A DNA stretch of 64,000 nucleotides from an uncultured virus (IMG/VR IMGVR_UViG_3300020148_000038) (Duplodnaviria > Heunggongvirae > Uroviricota > Caudoviricetes): the IMG/VR virus record IMGVR_UViG_3300020148_000038; one strand, 5' to 3'. The notes beneath the pieces are model-generated. The model did no database searches and had not been told where the DNA came from. It was given only the letters and a program-made list of their open reading frames with translations. Shown here piece by piece: positions 56,449-63,413 of the stretch (positions are counted from its first letter, which is position 1; each line of letters begins with the position of its first letter). A program made the position numbers and the translations under genes.

Positions 56449-57804
56449 CTATTTCAGCGGATACAGTTCAAGAATTACGTCAATATCCACTCCGGCGTCA
56501 AATGCTTTCATCATTCCTTCGTTGGAAATAAGATTTTCCAACAACAACGCCTCGGCTGGGTCGAGTCCGAGATTGGCGATCCAATGAAGCACCACAGAGC
56601 TAATGCGATTATCGATAGCAGATTTTGCTTCTAGTGCTTGAGAATATAACTGTCGGATTTTACCTCTTCTGGCTTTGAAATTATTGTGAAGTTCAACCCG
56701 CCGCAAAGCGAAATACCCGTCATTCCGCAACTGTTGAATAAAACTGTCGGTTGGTAATTCAGCCAGTGTCTTTTTGAATATCTCCAGTTCTGCCGAACAG
56801 TGTTTCAGTGCAAGATTTTGCGCATATGTTGTCATTTGGTTAGAAAAGACATTGGAGAGGAAGAAGAAGCATTCCAGAACTCTTTGTTCTGTCTTCAAGT
56901 CTTTTATTGGTGTCTTTTGATAATTGACAACCTTTGCCTCGATTTCATCATTGAATGATGGGTTGATTTCCAAAGGATATTCATTCAACAAAATAATGTA
57001 GAAGTTGTATCTATCAGAATTTTCCTGAGATGCGATTGATTTCCAAACATCATAAACAACCTTTTGTTTGTTGTGAATTTCCGGGTCGATGATGTCGTAT
57101 TTAGAGGCTTTAATTGCCGTTTGGAATATAGAGTGAAAACCCTCTTCATCTGTTATATCTCTAAGCTTGGGTGCTATAGATTGCATCAATATATAGAAAT
57201 TGACATCGGAGGACATTAAGAGACATAATTCGTGCGCAATTTGCTTCTGGGAATTACTTACTTTGTCTCTTTTCCGTTTTTGAATTTCTTGACGAATAGC
57301 TCTTACGCAATCTTCGTACTTTTCAATAAACACCTTTGGTCCGAATTTTTCTACATCTCTATAGCCATTTTTATCCTTGCCTAATGATGTTCCGTCTTCG
57401 ACGGCTCTCCAGAAATCCTCTATTGTGACGGGCAATGTGTTCTTTTCCCAAAATAGGTATTTCCAGACTTTGTAGTTTTGTGGTAACTGACCTACCTTTT
57501 CCCAAAACAAACTGTTAGCAGCTTCTAATGTGCTTTCGATTTTCTCTAGATGTTCGATAGTAAAGCCACTCATATTAAATGAACCGTCTTCGATGTCGGC
57601 TAGACCAAGTTCTGCGGCGAACGCTAGGTGGTCTTCTATAGCCTTCTGCGTTACGGCGAGTGATTCGTTGAACTCGACAAGGTATGGCGTCCCTGGTAGT
57701 TCTTTTAGGGACGCCAATTCATTCATCGGGATGAATGCGAAATTCATTCCAACCTTAACAACAAGGTTCCCGTCTTTGGTTCCCATTACTTTGTGATTGA
57801 CCAT
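56449..57804 (-). CDS. C-terminal GIDxD-family protein (large)
   Basis: Ends AFDAGVDIDVILELYPLK; TTGAAC-17-TACCCT at 57846-57818; start re-assigned. Confidence 0.8.
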   Translation of the reverse strand: MVNHKVMGTKDGNLVVKVGMNFAFIPMNELASLKELPGTPYLVEFNESLAVTQKAIEDHLAFAAELGLADIEDGSFNMSGFTIEHLEKIESTLEAANSLFWEKVGQLPQNYKVWKYLFWEKNTLPVTIEDFWRAVEDGTSLGKDKNGYRDVEKFGPKVFIEKYEDCVRAIRQEIQKRKRDKVSNSQKQIAHELCLLMSSDVNFYILMQSIAPKLRDITDEEGFHSIFQTAIKASKYDIIDPEIHNKQKVVYDVWKSIASQENSDRYNFYIILLNEYPLEINPSFNDEIEAKVVNYQKTPIKDLKTEQRVLECFFFLSNVFSNQMTTYAQNLALKHCSAELEIFKKTLAELPTDSFIQQLRNDGYFALRRVELHNNFKARRGKIRQLYSQALEAKSAIDNRISSVVLHWIANLGLDPAEALLLENLISNEGMMKAFDAGVDIDVILELYPLK

Positions 57805-57890
57805 GATTACCTCTTTCAGGGTAGCAAATACGAGCGAAAAGTTCAAGATGAAACTTGAAATGCTATCTTGTTTTGTGTGACAATAAGAGT

Positions 57891-58118
57891 GTGAAGCTCA
57901 CGCGGGAGATGTTGGACGGAATGCCTTCGGGTGAGGTGGTTCGGGTCTTTGATTCATCTGGTCAAGCTGTTGAGTATCGCAAGACTTTTAACATCTGGAA
58001 TTGCCTTTCTATAGGAAAGCGGCACCTTTGGTATACATCAGACGAAATTGTTCGGATATCTGATGGTGATTATCAGGGTTTGAACGATATGGACGACTTT
58101 GACGATTCAGAAGAGTGA
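57891..58118 (+). CDS. Small hypothetical protein
   Basis: GTG start after TTGAAA..GACAAT. Confidence 0.55.
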   Translation: MKLTREMLDGMPSGEVVRVFDSSGQAVEYRKTFNIWNCLSIGKRHLWYTSDEIVRISDGDYQGLNDMDDFDDSEE

Positions 58119-58169
58119 TTATCGTGGTATGTCTTTGACAAAAGACGTTAGTTGGGCTACTGTTGTTTA

Positions 58170-59162
58170 GTGCTTATCGTCCACTTATCACCGGTCAATA
58201 AGAGCGGCATTGAAGACGCTATTGCAAAGAGGTACGTTCCTTTTGACGCTACCTCCGTCTCCGTAGGCGATGTTATTCGTTGGGTAGAGCGTGTTCGTGA
58301 ACTTCAGCCATCTTCAAAGGAAGAAGGCAAGATAGGACGAGATGAAGTTTCAGATGTCACCGACCCTGCCAATGAGGGTATAGTTTCTCGCATTGAAAGA
58401 AAGAAGGACGGAAGAGTTATTTTGCATCTTTCGCATCCTTTGGGAGCACCTAGTTTTACTCACTATATCGAGTTAGATCGGCGGCTAAGCGTGATGTATC
58501 ACGTCGTATCAATGTTCTCAACCAAGAGGATGATACCTGTCATGTTGCATGACTGCTGGATGCTCAGTAAAGAATCCGCTGGAAGCTTAAGAAAGGAACC
58601 CAAGCACAATTGGTTCTCTTACACATCTACTAATTTGAGCGGGAGGATTCATTTCTACAACATATCTTTTCTCCACTCACTTCAGAATCCTCAATATGCT
58701 GTTCATATAAAAACGGTGAGAAGATCAAAAGAATACTGCGAGAGAAGTATTGATTATGTAGACTTCCGAGAGTTTTACAATTCCTGTGAATACTTCTATA
58801 GAGTAGCCAGCCTGGTGTACGGCATTGAGTGGGAAGACTTATCCGCCACTCTTTTCAAAATCGGTGGATTTGATGCACTTGAAAAGATTTCCCGATCCCT
58901 GTTTGACCATTGCGTAGATGGGAAGAACGTGACAGGGGTTGGAATGATTGACGAGACATTTAAAGAGCTTGATGATGGCGCGATGTATACTTTTCTCGCA
59001 ATGGCTTATCGTAAACATACCGACAAGGACTTCATTGAAGTCATTGACAAAATCGGTGTTTCGGAATATCTGAACATGATTAATCTCGGCATCGGACTTG
59101 ACGGCATAATGGCGAAGGCTGCCAATCCGTCTATCGACTCAGAGTTATTGATCAGCTATTAA
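58170..59162 (+). CDS. C-terminal GIDxD-family protein (divergent)
   Basis: Ends MINLGIGLDGIMAKAANPSIDSELLISY; TTGACA-17-TACTGT (58135-58163), leaderless GTG. Confidence 0.7.
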   Translation: MLIVHLSPVNKSGIEDAIAKRYVPFDATSVSVGDVIRWVERVRELQPSSKEEGKIGRDEVSDVTDPANEGIVSRIERKKDGRVILHLSHPLGAPSFTHYIELDRRLSVMYHVVSMFSTKRMIPVMLHDCWMLSKESAGSLRKEPKHNWFSYTSTNLSGRIHFYNISFLHSLQNPQYAVHIKTVRRSKEYCERSIDYVDFREFYNSCEYFYRVASLVYGIEWEDLSATLFKIGGFDALEKISRSLFDHCVDGKNVTGVGMIDETFKELDDGAMYTFLAMAYRKHTDKDFIEVIDKIGVSEYLNMINLGIGLDGIMAKAANPSIDSELLISY

Positions 59163-59183
59163 GTCGTACTGACAGGATATACT
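59163..59183 (+). promoter_or_regulatory. GTC-class promoter (GTCG-N11-TATACT), leaderless
   Basis: 6 nt before ATG 59190. Confidence 0.7.
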
Positions 59184-59189
59184 TTATTT

Positions 59190-59891
59190 ATGAGCAAGCA
59201 GGCTGTTGTCAAGACTACTTCTAATGGACATCAACAGCGTTATTGGATTAATCCAGAGACAACTACTGATTCCAGACTTATTAACCTTCCTCTAACTCGT
59301 GGAAACGATTTAGAGCCGTGGATTACCAGAAAGACTTCCGTTCCATCAAATCTTTTCGATAGGGGCGTCCGATGGCAAGACCTTCCTCCATCTCGGTTGA
59401 AAGATCTAATAGAGGACGAAATGATGTATCTGGCTGACGAATATCCTAGCTATGATGAGTTCTATTACAAAAACGATGGAGTTTTCGACATCGAGATATA
59501 TGGTCAATGTGCGAGTGTCAAGCTGAGAAGTCTAAATAGTGATGTTCGTGGATTGTTCCTGCATGGGCAGTGTGCCGTTCTCGCCTATGCGATGTATGAA
59601 CTAACCGACTCACCAATTATGGTGTTTTCTCAACCCGGAAGTGATGAGTGGTATGGACATGCAGGTTTGGCAACTCGTGATGGTGGATTATTAGACATCA
59701 CGGGATTCAAAACCCCAAAGGAAATCAAAGAGCATTACCCGGAAGTTTCAGATCCGGTTGTGATGTCTGGTGAAGACTTTCTTGCTCTTGTTAAACCAGA
59801 TGGTTCTTCATTTGATGATATAGGTGAATTGGAACGACTTGTCGTGATGGATTTCGCTCAATATGCCCTTCGGGAAGTTGAAGGATTCTAA
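59190..59891 (+). CDS. Variant-leader protein with papain/transglutaminase-like Cys-His-Asp domain
   Basis: MSKQAVVKTTSNGHQQRYWINP; LHGQCAVLAYA..YGHAG..LLDITG. Confidence 0.65.
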   Translation: MSKQAVVKTTSNGHQQRYWINPETTTDSRLINLPLTRGNDLEPWITRKTSVPSNLFDRGVRWQDLPPSRLKDLIEDEMMYLADEYPSYDEFYYKNDGVFDIEIYGQCASVKLRSLNSDVRGLFLHGQCAVLAYAMYELTDSPIMVFSQPGSDEWYGHAGLATRDGGLLDITGFKTPKEIKEHYPEVSDPVVMSGEDFLALVKPDGSSFDDIGELERLVVMDFAQYALREVEGF

Positions 59892-59940
59892 CGCCAATGG
59901 AATCTTGATTCCTATTAGCAAATATGGTAATGTTGTATTT

Positions 59941-60498
59941 ATGACCCTCAATGTTTTTCTTGACTTTGACGATGTGATTAACATCGAGGGGTTTCGCGCG
60001 CCCAAATATCGTAATAAGTTGGCTCCTACAGACCTGTGGTTTGATGACAACCCAGACCGTAGCTCCGTCACCCTTGACGGCATGAAATGGGCTATCACTT
60101 GGTTCCCCGGCGTTGCTCGCTATTTCTCTGATTTGCGAGATGCGGGCGCTAATGTGATGTGGCTTTCCACGTGGGAGAGGGATACCGGGCTTTTCGCTTC
60201 TAAGGGTATGGACTTTCCTTATGTACCCTGGGACCCCACGGTCAACTATGGAGGTTGGGGTGGAGCATCTTACTCCACTGATGATATCGTAAGTATTCGC
60301 AACAGTCGGAAGCTGGACGCAGTTAAAGATGTTACGGATAAAACTGGTCTTCCTTTCGTCTGGATTGATGATACGGCCACTACGTTGTGGAAGGCTGACG
60401 ACTTCGATGTTCGTTCGCTCGGATTGGTCATCGACACTGTTACCGGATTTGACAAGTCTCACGCAAAGCTCATGGATGACTTCATCGACAGTCTGTAA
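59941..60498 (+). CDS. HAD-superfamily phosphatase (SAK-HAD type)
   Basis: FLDFDDVIN, WLSTW, RK, VWIDD; TTGATT-17-TAATGT (59905-59933), leaderless. Confidence 0.8.
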   Translation: MTLNVFLDFDDVINIEGFRAPKYRNKLAPTDLWFDDNPDRSSVTLDGMKWAITWFPGVARYFSDLRDAGANVMWLSTWERDTGLFASKGMDFPYVPWDPTVNYGGWGGASYSTDDIVSIRNSRKLDAVKDVTDKTGLPFVWIDDTATTLWKADDFDVRSLGLVIDTVTGFDKSHAKLMDDFIDSL

Positions 60499-60509
60499 CG
60501 CTTTACGTC

Positions 60510-61034
60510 TTAAATTCCGACTGACTGGAAGAACTTTGTTACTTCGTTAATGGTTTTCCCAGTCAATCCCTCGTGTGGGTTGGTGGCGATTGCTAGATGA
60601 GGCTCTTCAAAGTCACCATCATTAACCGTTTTGGTTGCGATGTCGTCAACCCACGCAAAAGGAAGGCGCTCTCGTTCTTCGAGGAACTTTCGTAGTCCTA
60701 TTTTCTTACCCGTCTCTGACCAATCAGAGAAGTCGCTAGGAAGAAAATCAAAGGGAACCCAGCCGGAAGAATGAACATCGAGAAGACTGTCCCAATAGGC
60801 ACGGGCGCTCTCTTTCCAGCCCGTGAGCCACCAAATCTCTATCCCGTGGGAATTAACCCATCGAAGAAATTCTGAAGTCTCTGAAGACCAATGAACGTGT
60901 TCTGTTCGCACTATCTTGTTGTCTTTGATGACGTTTAGAAGCGCTGTTCTATTGGCATGTGAAGGCACGCCGAATTCATCGATGAGATTTACCACCCCAT
61001 CGATGTCTAGAAATATGCGTGCTCTTGCTTTCAT
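60510..61034 (-). CDS. HAD-superfamily phosphatase (SAK-HAD type)
   Basis: FLDIDGVVN, WLTGW, GK, AWVDD, GLT; start re-assigned to MKARARIF. Confidence 0.82.
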   Translation of the reverse strand: MKARARIFLDIDGVVNLIDEFGVPSHANRTALLNVIKDNKIVRTEHVHWSSETSEFLRWVNSHGIEIWWLTGWKESARAYWDSLLDVHSSGWVPFDFLPSDFSDWSETGKKIGLRKFLEERERLPFAWVDDIATKTVNDGDFEEPHLAIATNPHEGLTGKTINEVTKFFQSVGI

Positions 61035-61080
61035 AAGAATGAATAGTACCATTTCGGTTCGTGCGAAAGGCTTGCTTGCG

Positions 61081-61350
61081 CTAAAGCGAGCTAAGAATAC
61101 CCTCTGCGATTTCTGCGCACATGATATAAGTCTCACGCTGGATATCGGTAACCCCGTCGAGCGAGGCATTTCCGCGAAGAGCGGTAATAAGAGCGGGAAT
61201 CCACTCGGTAGCAGACCTACCGTGATGAAGGCTGTTAACGACGCTTTCGGCGTTATCGAAAACGAACTTCGTCTCATAGTTTTTCTCTTCGAGAGCCAGT
61301 CCAGCATAGAAGTTGTACTCCTGCATGAGGTTGTACGCTACCGATGCCAT
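61081..61350 (-). CDS. Hypothetical protein
   Basis: AAGGAG RBS; TTGACA-17-TAATGT at 61418-61390. Confidence 0.75.
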   Translation of the reverse strand: MASVAYNLMQEYNFYAGLALEEKNYETKFVFDNAESVVNSLHHGRSATEWIPALITALRGNASLDGVTDIQRETYIMCAEIAEGILSSL

Positions 61351-61468
61351 TTGGCGTCTCCTTAGAACGGATGGTTTTAAACTAAAGACACATTAGCATT
61401 AAATGTTTCGGGTGTCAATTTCTGATATTAATTGAAAAACCATCAAGCTTACGTGTTAGCATTCACAC

Positions 61469-61858
61469 ATGTCTTATCAGCCTCCGTATGGACAAGCGCC
61501 TGTTTACGCTCCATCGCGACCCTCTGGTGGAGCAATTAGTAAGGTCGCTTTAATTATCAACGCGCTCGTTGTTTTTATTACCGCTCTTCCGCTTTTGTTA
61601 TTCACATTGCTGGGGTTGGCTGAAATGATTCATACTAGAGACATCAGTTCTCTACGAAACATCCTTGTCGTACCTGCATTCCTTATCGTGTTCACAAATA
61701 TTCTCAACATTCCTCTTAGCGGCGTATTCACCACTATATCTATCGTCCAGTTGTGCAGGAAACGTAGTTTTAAAGTAAACATCTTCTCTGTTGTGCTCGG
61801 GATTGTCGGGTTAGCGGCGTGTATTGTCGGCATTGTCTTATGGAACATGCTTACTTAA
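61469..61858 (+). CDS. Membrane protein (3 TM), paralogue of 21622-22029
   Basis: Pro/Tyr/Gln N-terminus, three hydrophobic helices; TAGCAT 6 nt before ATG. Confidence 0.8.
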   Translation: MSYQPPYGQAPVYAPSRPSGGAISKVALIINALVVFITALPLLLFTLLGLAEMIHTRDISSLRNILVVPAFLIVFTNILNIPLSGVFTTISIVQLCRKRSFKVNIFSVVLGIVGLAACIVGIVLWNMLT

Positions 61859-61872
61859 TTTTCACAATGTAC

Positions 61873-61901
61873 TTGACATGATACCAATTGTGTTGTATAG
61901 T
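61873..61901 (+). promoter_or_regulatory. sigmaA-type promoter TTGACA-17-TATAGT
   Basis: Near-consensus boxes with TG extension. Confidence 0.7.
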
Positions 61902-61980
61902 ATAAATACATTATCCGATGAACAAAGGAGAAAATCACGGATTAAGTAACATTCAAACCTTAAAATATTGAATCTTAAAT

Positions 61981-62385
61981 TTGTCTAACAGGGCGCTTCT
62001 GATTGAAATATATCAGGAGCGCCCTTTTGTTTACAAAATCTTTTATTGGTATTATCATTGCCTCGTGTTTGATACGGATGAACATGTCACGAGACAATGG
62101 TTCGCGGTTCGCAAGGCTATCAATGTCGTTGATGCAGAAGACACCGATAGCGCTATCGGTGTCTTAAGAGATATAGTTACAGACTATGACAAAAACCGAA
62201 ACTTCCTTTTCCCTTTTATTAGGATAAGTGAACTAATACCTATCGACCAAAAGGGATTATTCCTCGCCCTGTTCGAAGTCTCTTGGGTGCGTGATGCAGA
62301 TGAAGCCAAACCGTATGTTGATTGGATGCTCAAGGATTACGCCTCTACTCATCAGAAAAAGATACTGACGAATAGTTCAAGCTGA
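61981..62385 (+). CDS. Hypothetical protein (start uncertain)
   Basis: 134-aa ORF downstream of a strong promoter. Confidence 0.55.
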   Translation: MSNRALLIEIYQERPFVYKIFYWYYHCLVFDTDEHVTRQWFAVRKAINVVDAEDTDSAIGVLRDIVTDYDKNRNFLFPFIRISELIPIDQKGLFLALFEVSWVRDADEAKPYVDWMLKDYASTHQKKILTNSSS

Positions 62386-62604
62386 TGATTTGGCTTCGTA
62401 TGAATTAATCCAGTCTTGGCATATCTTCTCTGCTCTATTCTTTCCCCATGCGCGGAATATGAACGAGTATTTTGTGCCGTAAAGAGATATATGATGGGCT
62501 TTTCCTTCATATCTTCCGAACTTCAACTTGCGCACAGAGAAGTCGCTTTGTTCAATGGTTAGCTCGTCCGTCACCGGATAGCTTGCATTTTCTTTCTCTG
62601 TCAC
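62377..62604 (-). CDS. Small hypothetical protein
   Basis: GAAAGG RBS; TAAAAT -10 upstream. Confidence 0.65.
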   Translation of the reverse strand: MTEKENASYPVTDELTIEQSDFSVRKLKFGRYEGKAHHISLYGTKYSFIFRAWGKNRAEKICQDWINSYEAKSSA

Positions 62605-62639
62605 GAATCTGCCTTTCTCTTGTGTTTGATTTTATCAAA

Positions 62640-63326
62640 TCACAAGTTATGTGGCGATTTTACGGACTTCTTTTCCAATCCTTGTTTTACAGCCCGTATC
62701 CAAACATGAGGTTCTGCTATAAACGGGAATGGTGCTCCTGGGTCTATCTGTGAAAAGGTGTAATCAACAACAAAACCGGGCTTGTCGTCTCTAGCCTGAA
62801 GGAAGTTTGCGTAATGAACATTCAGTCCGTATGATTCTTGTTCTTCGGGAGTTAATTCCATGAAAATGACTTTGTTCTCATGGAAGTCCATTTCCAATCT
62901 GTCGATGGCATCATTTATAGACTCTGAGACGATCACACAGTTGGACTTCGCGTTTTCAGGTGATCGTAAATCCGATAGTGAAGAGATCCAATAATATTCT
63001 TCGCCTTGTGCTTCTAGCGCTTCGTGTCCGTACATATCGATGTTATCTACTGGTGGAAGAAAATCCGGGTTCGCATCCATAGTGAATCGTATTTCTTCAA
63101 CTAGCTCGCTCATAACGGATTTTGCAGGTTCAATGTAGTAGGGGTGGAAGTCGTTGTTGAAATCAAGGAGGTCGTTCACATTAATTTCAAATGGTTCGTC
63201 ACTGACTGTAGAAGATTTCGGGTTAACGGTCACGGTCGAAGCTTCACTTTTGGTTTCATCAGATTCCCATCTTCTTGATACTGGATTGAAATGATATCCG
63301 GGTTGGTTAGCTATTGGTTTCGACAT
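62640..63326 (-). CDS. Transglutaminase/papain-like Cys-His-Asp protein
   Basis: SNCVIVSE..HYANF..VVDYTFSQ; GTC-class promoter. Confidence 0.6.
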   Translation of the reverse strand: MSKPIANQPGYHFNPVSRRWESDETKSEASTVTVNPKSSTVSDEPFEINVNDLLDFNNDFHPYYIEPAKSVMSELVEEIRFTMDANPDFLPPVDNIDMYGHEALEAQGEEYYWISSLSDLRSPENAKSNCVIVSESINDAIDRLEMDFHENKVIFMELTPEEQESYGLNVHYANFLQARDDKPGFVVDYTFSQIDPGAPFPFIAEPHVWIRAVKQGLEKKSVKSPHNL

Positions 63327-63332
63327 ATGTAT

Positions 63333-63392
63333 AACTTATCAGCAATATGGGACATTCGAGGGTGGTCGCGTGTCATAGGACAGCATTATGAT
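63333..63392. promoter_or_regulatory. Back-to-back GTC-class promoters
   Basis: Minus: GTCC-N11-TAAGTT (63353-63333), 6 nt before ATG 63326; plus: GTCA-N11-TATGAT (63372-63392). Confidence 0.65.
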
Positions 63393-63413
63393 TACAGCTA
63401 AAAGGAGTCTTAA

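Noticed and set aside
60510..61307. ORF-track N-terminal extensions (also 973, 13624, 15940, 18831, 25142, 32382, 54797, 59863)
   Set aside because: Extensions overlap promoters or neighbouring genes; downstream starts fit RBS or leaderless spacing and family alignments
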